Shown one piece after another: positions 1 to 11,644 of a stretch of 64,000 bases of DNA; position 1 is the first letter of the stretch, and each line of letters opens with the position of its first letter. The translations under genes were made by a program, and so were the position numbers. The stretch comes from Octopus sinensis. Its lineage: Eukaryota. The stretch is from the NCBI RefSeq assembly GCF_006345805.1, contig NC_042999.1, positions 33,790,001-33,854,000 on the forward strand. Reading direction: 5' to 3'. Under the pieces are notes generated by a model. It had not been told where the DNA came from. It ran no database searches and saw only the letters and a program-made list of their open reading frames with translations.

Positions 1-1389
1 CTTTAGTACTTGGTTTTAATAATTAAACAACACGTTTAATACTTTCGATGAAAAGGTATGTTGTGACTAAAAATGCAGATAAATATTAATTAGTGCCTGC
101 AGAAATATTCTGATTCTGAATTAAATTTCTTATTTGCTTTTTGATTAGGTACAAACATAGAAAGAAACATTTAAAATTAGTGATAATTTAAGCTTGATTT
201 AAGGTAAATGAGTTTAATTTAAATCCTGCAAAGCTTTAGAATTATAATGCTGTAAATAATTGTATTTTGGGTTCAATGGAATTTTGCCGCTAGCCAAACG
301 ATTTCATTCATTTTACTTCTTTTCAGTTTATGGCGAACATATAGCTCCCTTTTCAAATTCAATGTGCACATTAGATATAAATGGATATTGTAATAAATGT
401 GAATGCGCTCGATTACATTGACAAATACTACTTTATTTGAAATTGTCATTCGTTAGATGACTTGCTGAAGGCGATGAGAAATTAGAAAGAAATCATACAA
501 ACGCCGTTATTTTATTCAAGTGTAATTTTATGCATTGTTATTCGGTCGATATGACAAGAAGTTAAAGCCAAAGAAGAAAAGAAAATATCGAATATGTTTT
601 GAATGTTATGAAAAACTAAACGTGCATCAATATCGCACGTGCAAAACATACATTTATAGATGGTTACTTCAAAATTGTAACACATGTCATTGTCGTCTCA
701 ATAAAGAGACATATTTCTCTGCATTTCGAAAATCCAATTACAAAACTATCAAATCTCCAGTGCATAACATTTGTAGCTTTCATATATCTCACTCCATGCT
801 GACACAAATTAATAGCATGTTTTCGTTTATACAAAGTTTGATATTTATCCTAAGCTTAAGTTTAAATAACTATGCTGCCGAGAAAATAAAATGTGATGTC
901 TTTAAATGTCATGTCCACTATATGTCGACGTTGCATCAGTAAATTAGAAAGAGGTAAATGAGTGTAAGTAAAGGAAACAAGAACATGTCTGGAATGTAAT
1001 GTAGATTTAATGTTGAAAGAACAGAATTATGTACGTTATCTATATGATAAATAGCACTGCTCTTTCATCAACAAATTTAAGAAAGAATCCCACTTGGAGA
1101 AAAAAAAACCTTTAGCAGCTTCTATTTATATGTTAATAGGATATAGAAACATAACTAATGAGTGTACAGAATGAGCGGCTCTTTTATCATAAATGGGAAT
1201 TTCTTAATACTGCATAATATATTTCTGTGAATGTTGTTTTTCATTTTTAAATCAGCGTCTGATATTATTCTTCCTTAAAATGAGATATCATTTATGTCCG
1301 AATGTAATCCTACTTTTTCTCACTGCCAATATCTTTGCATTCGTTTGAGAATTAAAAAATATGCAATTTCTAAGAAAAACTCTGTTTAT

Positions 1390-1634
1390 ATGTAAGGTAT
1401 ACTAGCCATCTCAATATGGCTAACCAATAAGGGTGGGTGTTACTTTAGCTTGTAGCCCCAGGAGAACATCGTCTCCAGCTGGCTTTAGGCACACTTTCTG
1501 TGCCCTTATGGTATTTGCAGGCACAGAAAGTGTGCCTAAAGCCAGCTGGAAACGATGTTCTCCTGGGGCTACAAGCTAAAGTAACACCCACCCTTAGTGG
1601 TTAGCCATATTGAGATGGCTAATATACCTTACAT
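1390..1634. mobile_element. Palindromic MITE-like foldback (arms ~115 bp, 15-nt loop)
   Basis: atgtaaggtatactagccatctc... is the near-perfect reverse complement of ...gagatggctaatataccttacat. No ORF and no HHR core. Confidence 0.7.
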
Positions 1635-1982
1635 TGTCGTGCAGTTACTGTTTACATCTCGTTCAGAGATTTATTATTACTCTGTTTATAATTTTACAAT
1701 TACTGGCATTGGTTTTACAAATGATTTAGTTGCAGTACAAGAATCCGTGTATGCGACGTCTAACATATTTTGACGATAACATATATCCTCCGATGTATAT
1801 GAATATTAATATTATGTCAAGCGATCTGATCAACAGTTGTAATGTATTAATGTTAAATGTGAATACAAGTAGGTTCAGTATTTTCAATGTAAATAGAAAG
1901 AAGCATGTGGGCGGCTACGTATACCTGCCGCTCAGCTAATAAACTAAAATTGTATATATGTATATATTTGTATCTCTCTCTA

Positions 1983-2183
1983 TATTTTGTTTGCTTGTTT
2001 CAGTCATTTGACTGCGGCCATGCTGGAGCACCGCCTTTAGTCGAGCAAATCGACCCCGGGACTTATTCTTTGAAAGCCCAGTACTTATTCTACCGATCTC
2101 TTTTGCCGAACCGCTAGGTGACGGGGACGTAAACACACCAGTATCGGTTGTCAAGCAATGCTAGGGGGACAAACACAGACACA

Positions 2184-2221
<38 letters not shown>

Positions 2222-2227
2222 ACACAC

Positions 2228-2259
<32 letters not shown>

Positions 2260-2452
2260 TATATATATATATATACATATATACGACAGCCTTCTTTCAG
2301 TTTCCGTCTACCAAATCCACTCACAAGGCATTGGTCGGCCCGGGGCATTGGTTGCCCAAGGCATCGGTTGCCCCAGATGCCACGCAGTGGGACTGAACCC
2401 GGAACCATGTGGTTGGTTAGCAAGCTACTTACCACACAGTCACTACTGTGCC
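1983..2452 (-). mobile_element. tRNA-derived CORE-type SINE (family B)
   Basis: Minus-strand head gtggtaagtagcttgct...ggttccgggttcagtccc (A/B box), CORE-like cttgggcaa, internal (CA)/(TA) tract, tail ggcggtgctccagcatggccgcagtcaaatgactgaaacaag. Matches other copies in the window. Confidence 0.85.
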
Positions 2453-2519
2453 TGTATATGTATATAAATTGTATAAAGTTGTATATATGTATGAAACATC
2501 TTGCATTGCATCATTGAAG

Positions 2520-2627
2520 TTACTGTATGGATGAATATAATATCCAACTGCTAACAAAGAAGCCAAATAGTGACTATGCTCATATAAATATTAACTTTGA
2601 GGATATAGAATTATCATCACATGAGAG
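2520..2627 (+). CDS. Candidate isolated 108-nt internal exon (YCMDEYNIQLLTKKPNSDYAHININFEDIELSSHE)
   Basis: cattgaag| acceptor, AG|GTAAGA donor, open frame, symmetric phase 2. No homology established. Confidence 0.15.
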
Positions 2628-3303
2628 GTAAGATAACGACCGAGGAGACAAACACTTATAAATGTAGTTGCAGCAGTGATACGCAAATGATATCTCGAGT
2701 CATTAATATTGTCACTTGATATGCGAAGATCTTCGGAGCTTTAACCTTAGTTGGTTAAACAGTATTTAGTTAGACACATTTACGATCTAATATAAAATAT
2801 TAGACATGGTAATACAGTGTTGACTGTTGTATTGCAACCCATACATGCATACATATGTGAGGCTGTGAGACCATACGTATGTATGAATCATGTCAGAGAG
2901 ATATTTTTGCTCCTCTCATTACGCTGTCTATCAATCTTCTACTGCCTTTAACAAAACAGTTATTCTCGCTGTAATCACCACCCTTTATCACTCATAATCT
3001 CTCTCCAGCTCATCCCCCTCGAAAATCTCTTCCTGTGTTTCCTATCGTTCTCCTTCCACTTTCACCCACTGAATTGCAAACAACTGCTTTTCTGATATTT
3101 CCTGACACTCTCCATTGTGACATCTTTGACATCTCAGGATGAAGAAAAAAGAAAATGAAACCTGTTACGCTCCTTCTAGTAGGAACGTATACAAAACATT
3201 AGATTATCTCTCCTACCGACATAGGAACTGATGGAGATTTACATTGTCAATAAATATAATGTTAACCAATGGCGGATCACTGCTTGTTTTCCTATGACCT
3301 CAT

Positions 3304-3304
<1 letters not shown>

Positions 3305-3398
<94 letters not shown>

Positions 3399-3440
3399 TA
3401 GATATAGATAAAGATTGATAGAGAGACAGTCAGATAGATA
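3305..3440. repeat. (CT)n/(GATA)n microsatellite
   Basis: Directly visible. Dozens of similar (TA)n, (CA)n, (GATA)n, (TACA)n and (TAA)n tracts occur throughout the window. Confidence 0.95.
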
Positions 3441-3479
3441 CGTACGTACGTAGTACATAATACATGCATATTACCTTTT

Positions 3480-3670
3480 CCTTTTCCTCGTTTCAGTCAT
3501 TATACTGTGGCCATGAAACGACGCCTTGAAGAATTTTTAGTCGGATGAATCTGCATGGGGACATATTTTCTTTAACTTAATTATCATTCTACTGGTCTCT
3601 TTTGCCAAACAACTAGGATACGGAGGGGTGTATACATCAACACCGGTTGACAAGCGGTTGGGGTGGGGGA
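3480..3670 (-). mobile_element. Degenerate family B SINE tail
   Basis: gtttcagtcattatactgtggccatg...ggtctcttttgccaaac...caccggttgacaagc. Confidence 0.6.
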
Positions 3671-3700
3671 TTGACGTTAAGCGGGTGACACCTCCATATA

Positions 3701-3920
3701 TATTTCTTTACTACCCACAAGGGGCTAAACACAGAGGGGACAAACAAGGACAGACAAAGGGATTACGTCGACTACATCGACCCCAGTGCGTAACTGGTAC
3801 TTAATTTATCGACCCCGAAAGGATGAAAGGCAAAGTCGACCTCGGCGGAATTTGAACTCGGAACGTAACGACAGACGAATTTCGCCCGGCGTGCTAACGT
3901 TTCTACCAGCTCGCCGCCTT
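3701..3920 (-). mobile_element. tRNA-derived SINE (family A)
   Basis: Minus-strand head ggcggcgagctggtagaaacgttagcac, B box gagttcaaattcc, central gcctttcatcctttcggggtcgataa domain, tail gggtagtaaagaaata. Confidence 0.85.
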
Positions 3921-3969
3921 TTATATATACATATATATATACATATATATATACATATATATATATATA

Positions 3970-4010
<41 letters not shown>

Positions 4011-4116
4011 TTATATATATATATATATATAATATATTATATATATAGATATATATATATATATATATATATATAGATATATATATATTAATATATATAT
4101 ATATATATATATATAT

Positions 4117-4521
4117 ACTCTTTTACTCTTTTACTTGTTTCAGTCATTTGACTTCGGCCATGCTGGAGCACCGCCTTTAATCGGGCAACTCGACCCTGGG
4201 ACTTATTCTTTTTGTACGCCCAGTACTTATTCTATCGGTCTCTTTTGCCTAACCGCTAAGTAACAGGGACATAAACACACCAGCATTAGTTGTCAAGCAA
4301 TGCTAGGGGGACAAACACACTCACACAAACACACACACGCATATATATATACATATATACGACGGGCTTCTTTCAGTTTCCGTCTACCAAATCCACTCAC
4401 AAGGCTTTGATCGGCCCGAGGCTATAGTAGAAGACACCTACCCGAGGTGCCACGCAGTGGGACTGAACCCGGAACCATGTGGTTGGTAAACAAGCTACTT
4501 ACCACACAGCCACTTCTGCCT
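4117..4521 (-). mobile_element. Family B SINE, full length
   Basis: Colinear with 1983-2452; tail repeat (actctttt)n. Confidence 0.9.
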
Positions 4522-4531
4522 CCTTATATAT

Positions 4532-4602
<71 letters not shown>

Positions 4603-4684
4603 CATATGTGTGTGTGTGTATTCTACAATTTCTTCTTTCAATTTCTTTCTACCAAATTCACTCACACAAAGGCTTTGGTTGGAT

Positions 4685-4784
4685 TGAGGCAGTTAGGTCA
4701 GCGGACTCGCGGTTGTAGGATCGCGCTGGCGTCATTAAAACGCTAAAACAATGCGAAGCGCATCTGATAGCCTGGTCGGTCACG

Positions 4785-4787
<3 letters not shown>
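4685..4787 (+). mobile_element. Internally deleted family C1 SINE
   Basis: Head gttaggtcagcggactcgcggttgtaggatcgc joined directly to tail gctaaaacaatgcgaagcgc...ctgatagcctggtcggtcacg. Confidence 0.6.
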
Positions 4788-4820
<33 letters not shown>

Positions 4821-4824
<4 letters not shown>

Positions 4825-5246
4825 TAAGTTAAAAGTCGCCCTAGCGAGCGGCTTTTAACATACTATGTAGCTTTTAAGCAACTAACCCCAAACAAGAAGA
4901 TCTGCAAACGGATCTCTGACTTTATTTGGAGAATTTGTTGCAATTGCTTCCTCCACAATCATATTCCAATGATGATCCTATTCGTCAATAATAGTCATGT
5001 AAAAAATAATCCCCGAAAAGAATCGCAGTAATAAAAACATAGGAATCGAAAATTTCAGGATTGCAGGTCTGGATTTGGCCCGGAATATTTTTAATTTACT
5101 CACGGAGTCAGCCTGATTCCAAAATGGTATGGTACTTTGGGCTACCGCCTCTAGGAGTAAAGTTTAAAAATTATGACATACTGACATTCACATTTATTAT
5201 ATTTGATATGTTTAATTTTGTGAAACTGTATTTCAATTAAAGTGTA
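4821..5246. mobile_element. Putative non-autonomous DNA transposon
   Basis: Imperfect termini acactaagttaaaa / ...aattaaagtgt, TA-rich flanks, 12-bp subterminal hairpin at 4828-4859. Confidence 0.3.
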
Positions 5247-5248
5247 TT

Positions 5249-5290
<42 letters not shown>

Positions 5291-5825
5291 ATATGTGTGT
5301 GTGTGTGGTGTGTGTGTGTGTGTCTGCGTGAGCGCACACACACGCATATTTAATTAACAAAGCAGAAAATATAGCATCAATGATAGTTTTCAGTAGTTTG
5401 CTGACCACAGGAATTTATGTCCAGCAAAGTTGTACATCATCACCCTCTTTCTCTCACATACTCACTCCCTCACTCTCTCTCTCTTATCATTGCTCTCATT
5501 GCCACCATCAACACTACTACTTTTAATAAAGTATCATCAACTTTCCCTACATTTCTTTGTCCCTCCTTCTCTCCCTTTCTTTTTTGCATTTATTATATTA
5601 GATGTATATATATATATATACATACATACATACATACATACATACATACATACATACATACATACATACATGCAAACATACATATATATAATATAAACAG
5701 GAAAGTTCTGCATTCGAATGTCCAGTGGCTTTTACATACATGAAAGTCTCACACCAGGAACTTATATATGTTGTGTGTGTGTGTGTGTCTATTTAGGTGT
5801 AGGCGTGGCTGTGTGGTATGTAGCA

Positions 5826-6060
5826 AGGCGGCGAGCTGGCAGACACGTTAGCGCGCCGGGCGAAATGCTTAGCGGTATTTCGCCTGTCGTTGCGTTCTGA
5901 GTTCAAATTCCGCCGAGGTCAACTTTGTCTTTCATCCTTTCGGGGTCGATAAATTAAGTACCAGTTACGCACTGGGGTCGATGTAATCGACTTAATACCT
6001 ATGTCTGTCCTTGTTTGTCCCCTCTGTGTTTAGCCCCTTGTGGGTAATAAAGAAATAGGT
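5826..6060 (+). mobile_element. Family A SINE, full length
   Basis: aggcggcgagctggcag...gagttcaaattccgccgagg...gtaataaagaaatagg. Confidence 0.9.
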
Positions 6061-6727
6061 ATGTAGCTTGGTTCTCAAGCACATTGTTCTGCGTGGGTGT
6101 CTGTTGATCCAACTGCCTGGTACCTTCTACTGTATGTGGATTTGGTGTGTGTGTGTGTGTGTGTGTATTCATGTATGCACACACACTCACTCTGACGGAA
6201 TTTTGATCGCTAGAATCAAGATGTTCAAAATGTTGATCGCTAGAGTTAAAAATCTTTCATCTATTCACCTAATGAAAATATCTCTTTTTGCATGATGTAA
6301 AACTTCTATTCATCAATAAAAACTAATCGTCTAAAGCAGTTGAAATGAACCACAATTCATCTGTTGTTATTTGCTTATAATTCACCTTATTCGGAACATG
6401 CAACACTTGCATCTGACATCTAGTGAATGCTGTACAATAGATGCAGTGTTTGTACCCATGAGCAACGTTGAGGACTCATTTTATATTCAATCAGCTATTT
6501 GTCATTGTACATATAACCGGAGAATAAAAACGTGTTTGATTTAGTAAGCCCGTATTTGCATTTAAATATTGTTTATACGCGATAGTGATATCAACGACCC
6601 GATCTTGGGATTTTGCTATTTAGGGAGCTGATTCGCTTGAAAACTGAAATTTATATATCTGTACATATTGGTATATATAGACATATACATTCATATATAT
6701 GTTTAAATATATATATGTATATATATT

Positions 6728-6768
<41 letters not shown>

Positions 6769-6991
6769 TCAATATAGGGTGGCAAAAAAAAATTTTGTAG
6801 AATTCTTTTTGCCACCAGCGGCCTAGTGGGAAAAAATTAAATAGTCATAGACCATTTTTAAGTTCAACATCAACAATCAAGGAACGGCCATGATAGGCCA
6901 TTCACCCACTAGAAATAACAGCCAAAGCTTCAACCGCAAATAAAGATTAATTCCGTAAACAGGAGAAAATTTAAAAAACATTTACCCTGTA

Positions 6992-7095
6992 ATTTCTTGT
7001 ACGATGCACCGTTTCATCTGCTGTTTAATGGTAAACTAACCTGATTAAATTAAATCAAGCCAATCTTCCATAGGCCCTCAGATTCTTCAGCAAGA
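6992..7095 (-). ncRNA. Type I hammerhead ribozyme motif (left-arm copy)
   Basis: Minus strand: CUGAAGA (7090-7084), GAAA (7015-7012), stem III ACGGUGCAUCGU with one G-U pair, GUA triplet (7002-7000), 5-bp stem I cut short by the arm/spacer junction. Confidence 0.75.
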
Positions 7096-7179
7096 GTGCG
7101 ACGATTTGAAAATTTTAGGTCAGATATTACCTTGGCAGGGTCGGAAATGCCTCGTGAAAATATCTGTTCCGACTTGGCT

Positions 7180-7286
7180 ATTTCTTGCTGAAGAATCTGA
7201 GGGCCTATGGAAGATTGGCTTGATTTAATTTAATCAGGTTAGTTTACCATTAAACAGCAGATGAAACGATGCATCGTACAAGAAAT
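7180..7286 (+). ncRNA. Type I hammerhead ribozyme motif, complete core
   Basis: Stem I atttcttg (7180-87)/caagaaat (7279-86), CTGAAGA 7188-94, stem II atctg/cagat, GAAA 7263-66, palindromic stem III ACGATGCATCGT, GUA 7276-78. Confidence 0.85.
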
Positions 7287-7405
7287 TACAGGGTAAATGT
7301 TTTTTAAATTTTCTCCTGTTTACGGAATTAATCTTTATTTGCGGTTGAAGCTTTGGCTGTTATTTCTAGTGGGTGAATGGCCTATCATGGCCGTTCCTTG
7401 ATTGT

Positions 7406-7488
<83 letters not shown>

Positions 7489-7489
7489 C

Positions 7490-7774
7490 GGAGTCCCAGT
7501 GGTTAGGGCAGCGGACTCGTGGTTTTGATTCCCAGACCGGGCGTTGTGAGTATTTATTGAGCGAAAACACCTAAAAGCTCCACGAGGCTCCGGCAGGGCT
7601 TGTTGGCGATCCCTGCTCTACTATTTCGCCACAACTTCCTCTCACTCTTTCTTCTGTTGGTCTGCTCGCTTTGCCAGAAGGGTGGCGTCATTTGAAGACT
7701 AAAACAATGCGAAACACATTGTGACCAGCGATGTGTAGCAACATCTGATAGCCTGGTCGGTCACGGTGATCACG

Positions 7775-7780
<6 letters not shown>
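7490..7780 (+). mobile_element. tRNA-derived SINE family C1 (OR-like)
   Basis: cccagtggttagggcagcggactcg...gattcccagaccgggcgttgtgag...ctgatagcctggtcggtcacggtgat. Confidence 0.85.
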
Positions 7781-7839
<59 letters not shown>

Positions 7840-7846
7840 TATATAT

Positions 7847-7878
<32 letters not shown>

Positions 7879-7914
7879 ATAAGGTAAAGTCTTCAGGTAG
7901 CGTACGAGTGGAAA

Positions 7915-8662
7915 TATATATGAAAGAATGTTTGAGAATGGAATTTTAAATATGTTATTCACTTGACCGGTTTCATTTTTTTAAAAACAGATTGTCAAAA
8001 GTAAAAGTAAAGCTTTGTATAAGCTTTGTTCGTGTTAAGTACTGGTTGTCACAAAAGTATTAAAAGCCATATATACATTCTTTGATAATAATAAGAAAAT
8101 ATTAAAAACAGTTTACAAGCAAATATCTTGAGAATATATTAAACAAATGCATTTGGAGTTCAATAAACATGTTTGTTTGGTAATATATATATCTACACTG
8201 AAGGAGATATATGTAGGAGTTTACAAAGAATTTGAGATGAACTGACCTTTGTGTAAAGCTAAGGGTTGTTTGCTATTTTAAGGGACAGTGTGGGAGGTTT
8301 GTTGGGGTGGGAGAAAGGAAGAGCAATGTGGAATTAAAAGGATTTCTTCATTTCTGTGTATATATATATATATTACGACTAAACAAACATGTTTGTTGAA
8401 CTCCTAATATTATCTTGAAGTCCTAATACTTTTTGTTTAATACATTCTCAAGATATTTCCATGTAAACTGTGTTTAACATTTTCTTATTATTATCAAAGA
8501 ATGTATATATCTATTTTAATACTTTTGTGACTACTAGTACTTCACACAACAAAGCTTATACAAAGCTTTACATTTTAATTTTGACAACTTTTTCCCAAAA
8601 AAGTGAAACAGGTAAAGTGAATAAACATCTTTAAAATTGCATTTTCAAACCTTCTTTCATAT
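7915..8662. repeat. Diverged long inverted repeat (arms ~7915-8190 and ~8360-8662) with a dead HHR in each arm
   Basis: Arms align in inverted orientation at roughly 80% by eye. GAAAC-CG-GTC on minus (7974-7965) and GAAAC-AG-GTA on plus (8605-14). The core reads TTGACAA in both arms. Confidence 0.8.
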
Positions 8663-8671
8663 AATACATAT

Positions 8672-8729
<58 letters not shown>

Positions 8730-8730
<1 letters not shown>

Positions 8731-9587
8731 GCAAGGAATGAAGCCAGTATGATCCGATGGATGTGTAATGCCAGTGTGCCTACTCGATATAGTGTAAGTA
8801 ACTCGAGAGAAATGTTGGACCTAAGAAGCATCAGATGTATTGTGCAAGAGAGACAACCGCGCTGGTATGGTCATGGGGCGAGAATGGATGAGAATAGCTG
8901 TGTGAAAAAGTCCCTCACCCTAGCTGTTGAGGTAACCTGTGGAAGAGGTAGACCCAGGAAGACCTGGGATGAATTGGTGAAGCACGACCTTCGAACATTA
9001 GGCCTCACTGTTGCAATGACTAGTGACCGAGACTTTTGGAAATATGCTGTGCTTGAGAAGACCCGGTAAGCCAAATGAGACCATAACCTTGTGGCCTATG
9101 CCAAGGGTGTAATCAGCCCACTTATGCGTACCTTCCCTTCACTGGACGTTGCTTGCAAAGACCTTTTGAGGCAAGTGAAATCGAAATAAAATTCGATGAC
9201 TGACATCCGTGCTAGTGGAGAACTAAGAGCACCATCCGAGTGTGATCGTTGCCAGAGCGGCCAACTGGCGTTCGTGTCATTTGAGCGTGATCATTACCAT
9301 CGTCAATCTACTGTCACTTGTGCAAGTGTACAGGTGGCACATAAAAAACACCATTTGGCCGTGGCCGTTAACAGTGCCGCCCTACAGGCCCTCGTGCCGG
9401 TGGCACGTAAAATCACCAACTACACTCCCGGAGTGGTTGGCGTTAGGAAGGCCATCAAGCTGTAGAAACTCAGCTAGATCAAGATACAGCCATCTGTTTC
9501 GCCAGTCCTTAGTCAAATCGTCCAACCCATGCTAGCATGGAAAGCGGACGCTATACGGCGATGATGATGATCATGATGATGATGATG
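8730..9587 (+). mobile_element. 5'-truncated RTE-clade LINE (ORF2 C-terminus, 3'UTR, (GAT)n tail)
   Basis: ORF 8749-9069 has RWYGHxxRM and RGRPRKTW motifs; the element ends gaaagcggacgc...gatgatgatga. Confidence 0.9.
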
Positions 9588-10999
9588 AGATATATATATA
9601 TATATAAGCATGTATGTGTATATACATACGTGTGTTCCTGTGTGAGTGTTTCTTTGAATGTATAATATGTAATTCCCAGATCCATACTGACAAAGAAAGC
9701 ATGTGGAACTGATGTTATTTCATGCAGTTCAGGAGGGAGGAGAGTTTCAGAGATGTGGAAAATTTTGGAAAGTTATTGTACGAAGTAAACAAATATGCTT
9801 AGTAAAAAAATATGAAAATTGATCTTTTAAAATATTTTAATTTCGTATGCAGTGCTGTGTTCAGCTTTTGACGCATACACACATGTGTGCAAATTTTGGC
9901 ATAACTGTGTATATAAGGGTGTTTGGAAATGTCAATATATTGTATCGTACCATATATAAAATTAATTTTAGCAAACATTGTAGTACGCTGGAATGTGCTA
10001 TAAAGCAGTAGACTGCAGACACAGTACTTCAGTTAACACGCATCTTATATGAGAAAGTAATTATTGTGAGCTTCACAATATCGCTAGACGGTAATTACAT
10101 AATTACCATTGATTTTTTAAATGTATTCAAGTACATCCGGACTATTATATACTTGAATACTATTGTCTCTTTGTTTGATATGTCTTGTCATAATAACAAT
10201 AGGAATCGTTTATCGATTTCAGCGGTGTAAATTACACTGTATTATTTGGAATTATACAAACCCAAGTAGAACATCTCCAGCCTTTCCACGAAATGATTAA
10301 TTTATGAAATTTTCAACCTCTCAAATTTATTCAGAAAATTGACTTTAGGAAGGTATTATATTTCCATAAACGAGAGCTATATAGCAATGAATGTTATTCA
10401 AATTTTTTGCCCTGGCTGATGTATATAGACGTTTATTTACTGAATTCTGTTAATGATTAAGTTAGACTGCATATGTCAGCAGTGCTAAAAGCGATTTATC
10501 AAAAAATTAACGTGAATAAATAATAGAAAGTATATTATTATTTTCATTTTCCTTTATTTTATGAAGCATTACGCATGGAAATATGCATATTAAAGAAATA
10601 CAATGCATACGTTAAACGCTTATTTAGGAAATCGCCTTCTGTAAGAATAATAATATTTAAAACAGAAAAACAATGTTTAGCGGCAAAATTCAATGGTGCC
10701 ACTGGATAATTTAATGGTAATTACATTTTACAATGCCATCAATTTCAATGCATAAATATACAGTATCCAGCATACGATGTTAAAGTGAATGTGTTTATGG
10801 CATATTTTTAAAGTTCATAGTATCATAATGGATTAACCATTTATTAAATTTCGTTTCAATTTATTACTTAATATTATTGTATTATATCTATGATGATATT
10901 TAAAAATAACTTATATAAATTCTAAGTCTATATTGTGCCTTGCGTTTCAAACATCCATCTAATGGAAATAATTTTTTTTTAAAATAATATTGTTTTCAA

Positions 11000-11210
11000 A
11001 GTTTGGCACAAGGTTTACTACTGTTAAGGGATAGGTATTAATCGATTACATCGATCCCAGTGATCAACTGGTATTTATTTCATCTTGCCCGAAAATATGA
11101 AAGGCAACAACGACCTACACGAAATTTGAACACAGAACGTAAAGCCGGATGAAAGGCTTCTAAGCATTTTACCCGGTATGGTAACGATTCTGCCACCTTG
11201 GACTTTTATA
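11000..11210 (-). mobile_element. Degenerate SINE (family A head/core, alternative tail)
   Basis: gattacatcgatcccagtg...ctggta...atgaaaggcaa...aaatttgaac. Confidence 0.6.
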
Positions 11211-11318
11211 TACATGCCACAATATCGACCTATAAGTATTGTCAACAATAAATAAAAAGATTGTGCCTTCAAGAGACATGGTGTTTATAATACACCAAGT
11301 ATTTGACTGGTACTTTCT

Positions 11319-11597
<279 letters not shown>

Positions 11598-11644
11598 TTA
11601 ATATTATTATTATTACTATCATTATTATTATTATTATTATTATT

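Larger units (their letters stand above)
6869..7409. repeat. Near-perfect long inverted repeat (arms 6869-7095 and 7183-7409, 87-nt spacer)
   Basis: 227-bp arms are reverse complements with one mismatch (7009 vs 7269). Confidence 0.95.

Noticed and set aside
3921-4116. Recurrent phase flips (taa/tta) in (TA)n tracts here and elsewhere
   Set aside because: Best explained by slippage or long-read consensus indels; no information content evident.
5826-5920. tRNA-like A/B boxes here and at the other SINE heads
   Set aside because: They are followed by SINE core and tail, present in many diverged copies, with no full cloverleaf. Not tRNA genes.
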